Positions 18,938 through 27,402 of a stretch of 64,000 nt of DNA are shown here, piece by piece. Source of the DNA: Rhodothermales bacterium (GTDB taxonomy: Bacteria > Bacteroidota > Rhodothermia > Rhodothermales > UBA10348); contig JANJTM010000031.1 of NCBI GenBank assembly GCA_024711125.1, positions 34,059-98,058 on the forward strand, read 5' to 3'. How positions within the stretch are numbered: position 1 is the first letter of the stretch; the number at the start of each line of letters is the position of its first letter. The position numbers were made by a program, and so were the translations under genes. Under the pieces are notes generated by a model, which was not told where the DNA came from, did not search any database, and was given only the letters and a program-made list of their open reading frames with translations.

Positions 18938-21394
18938 TCAGAAGGTGTGGCCGATGCCGAAATGGACTACCGGGTCCTTGAAGCCGTCGGGAAGGATAAC
19001 CCCCTGCCGCAGCGGATCGTGCACCTTGTACGCGAAATCAAGCCGAAGGATCAGGTAGTCCCAGGCCAGGCGCAAGCCGACGCCCGTACCCGCACCCAGC
19101 TCCTTCCAGAAGCGGTCGGCACGGAATCGACCGTCGGCAAGTCCCGGGTTGCGTGGCCCCGACCAGACGTTCCCCGCGTCTGCGAAGAGTGCGAGTTCCC
19201 AGTTGGCCGCCATGAGGTTGCGTATGACGGTCCTGCGGAATTCGACCGAGGCTTCGAGCTTGACTTCCCCGCCCAGCAGGTTGGTCGTCCCGGTCGTCAC
19301 CGAATCGGCAAGAAAGCTCGCCGAGCCCGGGCCGAGTTCGCGAAGGCCCCAGGCTCTCACGCTCGCCGCGCCGCCCGAGTAGAACCGGCGGTCGAACGGC
19401 ACGACGTCGGCGTCGCCCGTGGGATGGGCGACGCCCACGAACGCTTTCCATGCCAGCACCGATCCGGCATCCAGCCGGCGGAACTGTCGCACGTCGGCGA
19501 CGAACCGCACGTATTGCCTGTAGATCAGGCGGGATCCGTCGTCGCCCGCGCCGAAGAACGGCAGCCCCGGCAGGCTTCCCTCGATCGTGCCCGGGGTGAA
19601 GACCCAGCGGTCCGCGGCGTAGGGCAGGTTGCCCCCGATTTCGAGGGACGCCTCGCGCGCATGCCCTTCGTCCCGCTTGAAAGGGTCGAGGCGTGCCGAA
19701 CGCATCGTATAGCGGAGGGCATTGTTCACCTGCGGCTCGGTGTAGTCCTCGACGATCTGGCCTCGCTGGACCGGGTCGTCCACGGATCGCAGGATGTCAT
19801 CCAGGAAGGTCCCGCTGAAGCCGGCCAGGGTGTCCGGGTTCGAGACGCTCACGTCGACGAGGTCGACGAGCGAAACGAGTGTCGGCGAGTGACCCATCTC
19901 GAGACGGTACCGGGCCGAGCCTCGACCGCGAAGCACGAGTTTCAACGCGTCACGCCGGGCCGCGAGCAGCGTGACCGATGCCTCGGTGCGGGCATCGTAC
20001 AGGTCGAGGCGGCGCTCCAGGCCGGTGAACGGGAATACGAGGTACGGAAACGCCAGCGTTCCCGATACGTCCCACTGGGCCGATGTGAAGCCTCCTGAAC
20101 CGGTCAGATCGGCGGCGACCGTTCCGGTGGAGGACAGGCGGAAGGCCTCTCCCTCACCGAAGACGTTCAGGTTGGAGTAGGTGACCCCGAGCCCGGTGCC
20201 GATCTCGTTGTCCGAATCGGCGAGCGCACCCGATCGCTGCAGCATGAAGGACTGGAACCGGATCCGGTGGCGGGGCCTGGTCTGGAGTTCGAACCGGTGA
20301 GGGACCCGGAGCGCACCCTCCACCCTCGCAGAATCCCCGAGAAGAGAGACGAAGTCGGTGAAAGCGAAGACGCCGGTGTTGTCCAGGCGTCGTTTCGTCG
20401 TCGAAAGCAGGTCCTGGTCGAATCGATCACCGGGGCGGAATGCGAGGGCGCGACGGAACAAGCCGGCCCCGACCCTGCGCTCTCCCTCGAAGCGCACGGT
20501 CAACAGGCCACCGGCGGCGCCGTCGTTCCGGGTTTCGATGCGGAAGGAGTCGACGCGGGCCGGGACCCCGGGCTCGGGTCCCCGGACGACGGTCTCCACG
20601 TCCCCGAACCGGAAAGTCGGGCCGGGGCGCACGTTGAACACGATGTCGAAGGAATCGGGCCGGGCCGGCACCACCACGGCGAGGATCGAGTCCCGCGTCA
20701 CGGCCGCGAACCCGGCATGACGCAGGAACGACAGGATCCTGCGCCCTTCCTCGAGGAGGAGAGGCTCGGAGTACCGTCGGCCCGATGGGCGGAAGGACAG
20801 CGAAGCGGGATCTGAAACGCGTACCGATCCGGGAGCGCCGACCCCGGTCGGTCCCGGATCCGAAGGCACGTCGGTCAGCAGCGTGCCCCCGAGGAAGGCA
20901 CGGCGATCCCCCTCCGGAAGCACGGCCAACCCGTCATAGCGAACCGAACGGATGTACGTCGGGCGCCCGGGGTCCAGTACGAACCGCACGGCGAGCCTGC
21001 CTTTCGTCGACAGCGTATCGACTCGGGCATCCACGCGGGCGCCACGGAATCCTTCCTGGAGGAAGAAGAGGCGCAGCCGTTCCACGTCGGCGGCCAGGAC
21101 GGCCGGATCCAGGTGGGCTGGCGGTTCCCCGGTCGTGCGGAGACCGCGGCCGAGGGACCCGGGCACGGACTCGCCCAGCCGGTGCAGCCAGAGCCACCAG
21201 GTGACGCCGGGGATGCCCAGCAGCCTGCGGTTCGGACGCGTGCGCACGTTGACGCGCAATTGGGCGTCCGCGAAGACACGGGGACCCTCGAACGTCACCT
21301 CCACTACCCGGTCGCGCGGGGTACCCGACTGGCCCGACGCGACGCCCGGCACCAGGATCAGGAGGCAGACGACCGCGATCCGAAGCGCGCGCAA
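18938..21394 (-). CDS. Omp85/BamA-family outer-membrane protein (POTRA repeats plus D15 barrel); the TTG start is inferred
   Basis: The C-terminal barrel ends in HFGIGHTF. The TTG at 21394 gives the signal peptide MRALRIAVVCLLILVPGVASGQ and avoids overlap with the upstream ORF. Confidence 0.7.
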   Translation of the reverse strand: MRALRIAVVCLLILVPGVASGQSGTPRDRVVEVTFEGPRVFADAQLRVNVRTRPNRRLLGIPGVTWWLWLHRLGESVPGSLGRGLRTTGEPPAHLDPAVLAADVERLRLFFLQEGFRGARVDARVDTLSTKGRLAVRFVLDPGRPTYIRSVRYDGLAVLPEGDRRAFLGGTLLTDVPSDPGPTGVGAPGSVRVSDPASLSFRPSGRRYSEPLLLEEGRRILSFLRHAGFAAVTRDSILAVVVPARPDSFDIVFNVRPGPTFRFGDVETVVRGPEPGVPARVDSFRIETRNDGAAGGLLTVRFEGERRVGAGLFRRALAFRPGDRFDQDLLSTTKRRLDNTGVFAFTDFVSLLGDSARVEGALRVPHRFELQTRPRHRIRFQSFMLQRSGALADSDNEIGTGLGVTYSNLNVFGEGEAFRLSSTGTVAADLTGSGGFTSAQWDVSGTLAFPYLVFPFTGLERRLDLYDARTEASVTLLAARRDALKLVLRGRGSARYRLEMGHSPTLVSLVDLVDVSVSNPDTLAGFSGTFLDDILRSVDDPVQRGQIVEDYTEPQVNNALRYTMRSARLDPFKRDEGHAREASLEIGGNLPYAADRWVFTPGTIEGSLPGLPFFGAGDDGSRLIYRQYVRFVADVRQFRRLDAGSVLAWKAFVGVAHPTGDADVVPFDRRFYSGGAASVRAWGLRELGPGSASFLADSVTTGTTNLLGGEVKLEASVEFRRTVIRNLMAANWELALFADAGNVWSGPRNPGLADGRFRADRFWKELGAGTGVGLRLAWDYLILRLDFAYKVHDPLRQGVILPDGFKDPVVHFGIGHTF

Positions 21395-21404
21395 CGCGTC
21401 CGGA

Positions 21405-21623
21405 CTATTCGTCCTCGTAGTAGAAGTCGTCGTCGCCCGTGGGATAATCGGGCCACACCTCTTCGATGCTCTCGTACGGTTCGCCGTCGTCCTCCATCTG
21501 GCGGAGATTCTCGACGACTTCGAACGGTGCACCCGTCCTCTCGGCATAGTCGATCAGCTCGAGACGGGTAGCCGGCCAGGGCGCGTCTTCGAGATAGGAG
21601 GCCAGTTCCAGGGTCCAGTACAT
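21405..21623 (-). CDS. Small DUF2795-like protein
   Basis: YLEDAPWPATRLELIDYAERTGAPFEVVENLRQM fits the DUF2795 pattern as I remember it. The tail is acidic. Confidence 0.55.
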   Translation of the reverse strand: MYWTLELASYLEDAPWPATRLELIDYAERTGAPFEVVENLRQMEDDGEPYESIEEVWPDYPTGDDDFYYEDE

Positions 21624-21657
21624 ATCAGCTTCGCGCGGGTCGGGTTGCGCTGCCGGG

Positions 21658-21686
21658 ACGATAGACCAAGACGCGGGAAAAAGCAA
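21658..21686 (-). promoter_or_regulatory. Putative sigma70-type promoter for the DUF2795/Omp85 unit
   Basis: On the minus strand: TTGCTT, a 17-nt spacer, then TATCGT, about 35 nt upstream of the 21623 start. Confidence 0.3.
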
Positions 21687-21753
21687 GCCACGAAAATCCG
21701 CCGAAATGCGCGAAAAAAAGCGCTTTGATGCGGACCAGCTCTTGCGAAACCCG

Positions 21754-22731
21754 TCAGTCGAACGAAGTGGTGGAGGCTTCGCTTTCGGCCAGGAGCTTCT
21801 GGTACTCGGCCGGGGTCATGCTCGGAGCGAAGAAATGGATCGGGTTGAGCGACCTCCCCTGGCCGTCGAGCACCTCGTAATGCAGGTGCGGAGCCTTGCT
21901 GAGGCCGGAATTGCCGCTGTAGGCGATGAGCTGACCGCGCTTGACCCGCTGACCCTGTTTGAGTCCGTCTGCCGCCTTGGTGAGGTGCGCGTACAGGGTC
22001 ACGTAGCCTGAAGCCGGGTGCTGGATCTTCACGTAATTGCCGAAGCCGTTCCCGCGGTTGATCTCGAGCACGATGCCGTCGGCCGACGAGACCACGGGGG
22101 TTCCGCGCGGCACGTGGATGTCGATGCCTTCGTGCATGCGACGGATGCCGAGGATCGGGTGGTTCCGCATGCCGAACCCGGAAACCACCCTGCCGTCGGC
22201 CGGGAGGATGGCGGGAAGCTGGTCCAACCGCTCGGCGTGCTCACCGGCGAGCCGGGTCAGTTCGCGGTAGCTGTCGCGCTGGAGCCCGAGCTGCCGCTCG
22301 AGCCGGTCGAGCTGGCGCGAGGACGACCGGAGCAGCGACGCGGCCGAAGCGCTGAAACGGTCGAATTCGGCGTAGGGGTCGGTACCGCCCACGCCCGCCT
22401 GGCGGATGTCGGACGGAATCGGATCGGTCTCGAGCAGCGTGCGGTACAGGTCCTGATCGGTCTCCGAGAGCTGCGCAAGCTCGGCAGACACGGTCTCCAT
22501 CCGGCGGCTCACCTGCGCCAGCTGTCGTTGAAGCGCCTGGTTCTCCGACCGGAGCGCGAGTTCCTCCGGCGTCTGGACCATGCGGTCCATGCCCCACGTG
22601 AGCAGGCTTCCGACCAGAACGCCGACGGCGACGATCGCGGCCACGTGGAGGCGGAGGCGGCGCTTGCGCCCCTTCAGCTCAACGAAGGAGCAGCTCTCGT
22701 GGTCGTAATAGTAGAAGCGGTTGCTCGCCAT
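21754..22731 (-). CDS. M23 family metallopeptidase with an N-terminal TM helix and coiled coil
   Basis: HEGIDIHVPRGTPV, GNYVKIQHPASGYVTLYAHL and GNSGLSKAPHLHYEV. Confidence 0.85.
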   Translation of the reverse strand: MASNRFYYYDHESCSFVELKGRKRRLRLHVAAIVAVGVLVGSLLTWGMDRMVQTPEELALRSENQALQRQLAQVSRRMETVSAELAQLSETDQDLYRTLLETDPIPSDIRQAGVGGTDPYAEFDRFSASAASLLRSSSRQLDRLERQLGLQRDSYRELTRLAGEHAERLDQLPAILPADGRVVSGFGMRNHPILGIRRMHEGIDIHVPRGTPVVSSADGIVLEINRGNGFGNYVKIQHPASGYVTLYAHLTKAADGLKQGQRVKRGQLIAYSGNSGLSKAPHLHYEVLDGQGRSLNPIHFFAPSMTPAEYQKLLAESEASTTSFD

Positions 22732-22964
22732 TCCGGGCGTCTGGTCGGGGCGCCGCGGCGCGGCGGCAACGTTCAGTCGGATATCGGTCGGTAGCGGAAG
22801 AGGCTAAAACCGTCGAGGAGCCGTCGGGCGGAGACCGGTTGCCCGGGACCGGTCGCCCGAAGGGCAAAGAAAACGCCGGGGCGGGAGAAAAGGATTCCCT
22901 GAATTAAAAAAAATTCAGAAGAAGCGAAGAAGAACCGTAAGCTCAACGGGCGCAATGACCTGGG

Positions 22965-23408
22965 TCAGCCGGGGCCGATGCCGAGGTTGCGGGTGTCGCC
23001 GTCATCGTCGGGTATGATGGCCTCGGCTTCGATCTCGACCAGCATGGCCGGATCGATCAAGCGGCTGACCTGGACCATGGTCGTCGCGGGCCGGATGGTC
23101 CCGAACACCTCGCCGTGGGCGTGCGCGACGTCGGGCCACCGGTCGATGTCGATTACGTAGATGCGCGTACGCACGACATGCGCCATCGACGCGCCCGCCG
23201 CCGACAAGGCGCGCTCGATGTTGCGCAGGACCTGGAGGGTCTGCATGTACGGGTTGCCGATGCCGACCAGGTTTCCTTCGACGTCGGTCGCGGTCGTGCC
23301 CGAGACGTGGACGTGCCTTCCGACGCGGACCGCACGGGAGTAGCCGACCAGGGGCTCCCATCGGGTGCCGGTGCTGATATTCGTTCTCGTCACTGCGGTA
23401 CGGGTCAT
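22965..23408 (-). CDS. RidA/YjgF/L-PSP family protein
   Basis: YSRAVRVGRHVHVSGTTA...NPYMQTLQVLRNIERALSAAGASMAHVVRTRIYV...VSRL. Confidence 0.85.
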   Translation of the reverse strand: MTRTAVTRTNISTGTRWEPLVGYSRAVRVGRHVHVSGTTATDVEGNLVGIGNPYMQTLQVLRNIERALSAAGASMAHVVRTRIYVIDIDRWPDVAHAHGEVFGTIRPATTMVQVSRLIDPAMLVEIEAEAIIPDDDGDTRNLGIGPG

Positions 23409-23458
23409 CCTCCGGACAAAGGTACGGCGTCCGGACCGGGGCCGCGTCGTCTGCCGTC

Positions 23459-24586
23459 TCAGGCAGGCAGCAGAGGTGCGGGAGCCCGCCGCAGGACCAC
23501 GATCGAGAGGTCGTCGCTGGCCGGGGCGTCTCCGACGAAGTCAGCGACGGCGGCGAGGATGCGGACGCCTACGTCGCGGGACGAGCGGCCGTGGGCTCCG
23601 GCAAGGGCCAGGCGCACCCTGTCGTCGCCGAAGAACCGACCCTCCTCGTCCCGGGCCTCGGTGACGCCGTCCGAGACGACGACCACCGCGTCGCCGGGCT
23701 CCAGCGCCAGTTCGGTCTCCGAGAAACGGGCCGAGGCCGAGAGTCCGATCGCCGGAGAACCCTTGGAGAGCGGTGAGGGGCCGTCGGCACGGATCACCCA
23801 CGGCGGCAGGTGTCCGGCATTCATCACCCTGACGATCGCGGCGTTGCGCTCGGTTTCCATGAGCACCAGCGACGCGAACTTTCCGGGCAGGCCGTCGCGG
23901 TGGAAGATCTCGTTCACGCGGGCGCCCACTTCGGCCAGCGAGCGGCAGGAAGGGGCGATCGCCCGGACGGTGGCCTGCAGGCGCGCCATGAACAGCGCGG
24001 CGGGAAGCCCCTTTCCGGCCACGTCGCCCAACGCGACCGAGAATCGCCGCGCGTCGAGGTCCTGGAAATCGACGAGGTCGCCGCCCACGTCGTTCGCCGG
24101 CTCGGTGTGCAGCCAAAGGTCCCAGCCCTCGAAAGACGGGCTCTTCTGCGGCATCAGCGCGATCTGCACCGCCCGGCCGGCAGCGAGCTCGTCGTGCGCC
24201 AGCAGCTTGTCCTTCAGTTCGAGACCGAGGACGAACAGCGAAAGGAAGAAGCCCAGGAGCAGGTTTCCCGTGCTCGCGTCGTTGAAGAATCCCGCGCCGT
24301 CCAGGGCGAGGAATGCCCCGAATCCGAGGATCATCCGTCGGACGGGCGTCAGTTTCAGGAAGAGGCTCTTCACGAGAAGCCACGACGACGTGAACCACCG
24401 CTGCAGCGGGCCCATGGCCGCGAGTCGCTTCCGCTCCTCCTCGTCCAGGTAGAAATCCCACGTCTCCCGCAGGTCCTTCCGGATCGTCTGGGGCAGGTCG
24501 CCATCCTTCAGGTCGCGAAACACCGATTCGGCCATGCGGGCCGATCGTTCGTAGACCTCGTCAATTCGGGACTGTTTTCCGGTCAT
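23459..24586 (-). CDS. Membrane-anchored PP2C/SpoIIE-family serine phosphatase
   Basis: Hydrophobic N-terminal half, then VGGDLVDF, LGDVAGKGLPAALFMA, NAGHLPP and VVVSDGVTEA. Confidence 0.8.
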   Translation of the reverse strand: MTGKQSRIDEVYERSARMAESVFRDLKDGDLPQTIRKDLRETWDFYLDEEERKRLAAMGPLQRWFTSSWLLVKSLFLKLTPVRRMILGFGAFLALDGAGFFNDASTGNLLLGFFLSLFVLGLELKDKLLAHDELAAGRAVQIALMPQKSPSFEGWDLWLHTEPANDVGGDLVDFQDLDARRFSVALGDVAGKGLPAALFMARLQATVRAIAPSCRSLAEVGARVNEIFHRDGLPGKFASLVLMETERNAAIVRVMNAGHLPPWVIRADGPSPLSKGSPAIGLSASARFSETELALEPGDAVVVVSDGVTEARDEEGRFFGDDRVRLALAGAHGRSSRDVGVRILAAVADFVGDAPASDDLSIVVLRRAPAPLLPA

Positions 24587-24746
24587 GGCTCCAACGGCTT
24601 CCTCACATCGTACGATGGTGGGGGCCTTCGGGGTTCATCGTCCGTCTTTACCTTGCGCCGCGCGTGCCCGGGGTCCCGGGGAATCCCGCTCCCCGCGTCC
24701 GACCCCGGATTCCGGCCGCCGCAACCAACCCGCGACCCCGAACCGC

Positions 24747-26168
24747 ATGGACTGGATCGTTCTGCTCCCGCCCGTCGTGGCCATCGTCCTGGCCCTGTGG
24801 ACCAAGGAGGTGTACCTCTCGCTGTTCACCGGACTGCTGCTCGGCACGACCATCCTGGCCGGAGGTAACCCCGTGCTGGGGCTGCGGGAGCTGGTCGAGC
24901 AGCTGGTGACGGTCTTCCAGGACCGCGGCAATACGCGCATCGTGTTCTTCTGCCTGCTCGTCGGCGGGCTCATGGCGCTCGTACAGGCGTCGGGCGGAGT
25001 GCAGGGGTTCATCGCGTGGGCCCAGCGCCGGGGCTGGGGGACGTCGCGTCGGGGAGCCGAGGTGCTGGCGTGGGTGGTCGGCGTGCTCGTGTTCGTCGAA
25101 TCGTCCATCACCTGTCTCGTGGTGGGCGCGGTCAGCCGCCCGTTTTTCGACCGGCTTCGGATTCCGCGCGAAAAGCTTGCCTGGTACTGCGACTCCACGA
25201 GCGCGCCCGTCTGCATGACCATCCCGCTCAACGGGTGGGGGGCGTACATCCTGGGGTTGCTCGCCGCGCAGGGGATCACCGAGGGAGCCGTCGGCCTGCT
25301 CGTCGGCGGGCTCGCCTACAATTTCTACAGCTGGCTGGTCATTCTCTTCAGCCTCTTCCTCGCCGTGACCGGTTGGTCGTTCGGAAGCATGGGGGCGGCC
25401 GAGCGGAGGGCCCGGGAGCGGGGCGAACTGCTGCGGCCCGGCGCCGTGCCCATGATGGCCGAAGACGTGGTGGAACTGAAGCCCGTTTCCGGCGCGCCCG
25501 GGCACGCGCGCGACCTCATCGTCCCGATCCTCGTGATGGTCGGCATGATCTTCGTCGGACTCTGGATCACGGGCGAAGGCGACCTCATGAAGGGTTCGGG
25601 CTCCACCGCGGTCCTGTGGGCGGTCGGAACGGCCATTTTCGCCGCGGTGGCGCTCTACGCGGTGCCGCGCAACGGACGCCGCGTGATGTCGCCGGTCGAG
25701 GCCACGGGCATCGTGCTCAAGGGCTCGTCGGGGCTCGTCGGCGTGACGATCCTCATCATTTTCGCGTTCGCGCTCGGACAGGTCTCGCGCGACCTCGGCA
25801 TGGGTCCGTACGTCGTTGGTCTCATCGGGGACGACGCGCCCACCTGGTTCATACCGGGCCTGGTCTTCCTCGTGACGTGCTTCGTCTCGTTCACGCTCGG
25901 CTCGTCATGGACGGCATTCGCCGTCGTGCTGCCGATCGCGCTTCCCCTCGCCGAGGGGCTCGGAATCCCGTCGGCATTGGCCCTCGGGGCCGTGCTGTCC
26001 GGCGGAGTGTTCGGTGACCACGCCTCTCCCCTGTCCGATACGACGATCATCTCCTCGATGTCGGCGGCCAGCGACCACATGGACCACACGAGAACCCAGC
26101 TCCCGTACGCGCTGCTGATGGCCGGAGTGGCCCTGGTCGGATATCTCCTGGCGGGCGCCCTCGCCTGA
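24747..26168 (+). CDS. NhaC-family Na+/H+ antiporter
   Basis: Polytopic membrane protein starting MDWIVLLPPVVAIVLALWTKEVYLSLFTG, with a GDHASPLSDTTI motif. The ATG at 24747 was chosen inside the longer ORF. Confidence 0.8.
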   Translation: MDWIVLLPPVVAIVLALWTKEVYLSLFTGLLLGTTILAGGNPVLGLRELVEQLVTVFQDRGNTRIVFFCLLVGGLMALVQASGGVQGFIAWAQRRGWGTSRRGAEVLAWVVGVLVFVESSITCLVVGAVSRPFFDRLRIPREKLAWYCDSTSAPVCMTIPLNGWGAYILGLLAAQGITEGAVGLLVGGLAYNFYSWLVILFSLFLAVTGWSFGSMGAAERRARERGELLRPGAVPMMAEDVVELKPVSGAPGHARDLIVPILVMVGMIFVGLWITGEGDLMKGSGSTAVLWAVGTAIFAAVALYAVPRNGRRVMSPVEATGIVLKGSSGLVGVTILIIFAFALGQVSRDLGMGPYVVGLIGDDAPTWFIPGLVFLVTCFVSFTLGSSWTAFAVVLPIALPLAEGLGIPSALALGAVLSGGVFGDHASPLSDTTIISSMSAASDHMDHTRTQLPYALLMAGVALVGYLLAGALA

Positions 26169-26293
26169 GCCGGCCGGACGCGGAACCCGGTCGCCCCGAT
26201 GCCGTTCCGAAAGCGCTTCCAGCGAAATTTCGCCGGCGCCGACGGTCCGGCGCCCGGTCCGTTGCGCTGCCCCCACGGAACGCCCCAGCCCGC

Positions 26294-27103
26294 ATGATCG
26301 CCGACCCCGAACCTGCCTCGGCCTACGACAAGGCCGCTGCCCATGACATCGACCCGAGGTGCGTCCCGCAGCGGCTCGACCACGAGCCGCCGGTGGGGGA
26401 CGCCATCCCGTACCCGGACTATCCCGCGCAGGACCACGCGAACTGGCGGTTCCTGTTCGAGCGCCAGATGGCGCTACTGCCGGGCCGGGCGGGGGACGCG
26501 TTCACGAGCGGCGTCGATCGGCTGGGCATGACCCCGGACCGCATTCCCTCGCTCGCATCGATGAGCAGGCGCATGCAGGACGCGTCGGACTGGCGCATCG
26601 CGCGCATCCCGGGGCTGGTTCACGAGCAGGATTTCTTCGCGCTGCTCGCCCGTCGGCTCTTTCCGTCGACCGACTACATCCGGGGAGCCGATGAACTCGA
26701 CTACACGCCCGCCCCCGACTGTTTCCACGACATGTTCGGGCACATGCCGATGCTTACCGAGCGCGCGTTCGCCGATTTCTACGCACTGTTCGGCCGGGCC
26801 GCGCTCGGGGCGACGGGGAAGGATCGCACGAGCCTCGAGCGCCTGCACTGGTTCACGGTCGAGTTCGGTCTCGTACGACAGGGAGACGGCCTCCGCATCT
26901 TCGGAGCGGGCATCCTCTCCTCGAAGAACGAGGTGACGCACGCCCTGTCAGATGCGGTGGACGTCCTTCCGTTCGACCCGGACAGGGTCGTGGAACAGGA
27001 TTACGACGTCTGGCACCTGCAGCCGACGCTCTTCGCCCTCGATTCGTTCGAGCAGCTCGTCGACGGCTTCTCCTCGTGGGCAAAGCGCCGCCGTCTGCTC
27101 TAG
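26294..27103 (+). CDS. phhA: Phenylalanine-4-hydroxylase
   Basis: PDCFHDMFGHMPML iron-binding His pair, HWFTVEFGL, and IFGAGILSS. Confidence 0.9.
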   Translation: MIADPEPASAYDKAAAHDIDPRCVPQRLDHEPPVGDAIPYPDYPAQDHANWRFLFERQMALLPGRAGDAFTSGVDRLGMTPDRIPSLASMSRRMQDASDWRIARIPGLVHEQDFFALLARRLFPSTDYIRGADELDYTPAPDCFHDMFGHMPMLTERAFADFYALFGRAALGATGKDRTSLERLHWFTVEFGLVRQGDGLRIFGAGILSSKNEVTHALSDAVDVLPFDPDRVVEQDYDVWHLQPTLFALDSFEQLVDGFSSWAKRRRLL

Positions 27104-27380
27104 CGCGTGTTCACGCCCTACCCGCGACTCCATTCGGCAGCGGTGTGGCCTTCGACACGCAGGCTGCCGGATCTGCGCGGTGCGGGAGGCGGGCCGGGCG
27201 CCGGCCGGGTCAACTCTCGCTTCCGAACAGGCCCGAAGGGTGGACTTGTGCACTATCGGGGCCAGATAGTGCACAATTGCACCCGCCGGCGACCGTCGCG
27301 GTCGATTACCGGGCCGGCTTCCCCTGCAGTCTTCCGACCGGACTGCTGGGTTCCGATCCGGGCCCGGCGTGAACACGCCC
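27103..27380. repeat. Structured intergenic repeat element, copy 3
   Basis: GCGCGTGTTCACGCC (27103-27117) versus GGCGTGAACACGCCC (27366-27380) is a 14/15 inverted repeat. An internal 10-bp perfect hairpin GTGCACTATC-N7-GATAGTGCAC lies at 27248-27274. It shares TCCGATCCGG...GGCGTGAACACGCCC with copy 2. Confidence 0.6.
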
Positions 27381-27402
27381 CGGGGCATCGGGGCCGCATC
27401 GC

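Noticed and set aside
26215-26255. A fourth fragment of the repeat family (GCGAAATTTCGCCGGCGCCGAC resembles the TGGAAGTTCGGCGCCGAT module).
   Set aside because: The similarity is limited to about 18 nt around a GGCGCC palindrome and neither terminal motif is present. It may simply be the nhaC terminator hairpin GGCGCCG-N6-CGGCGCC.
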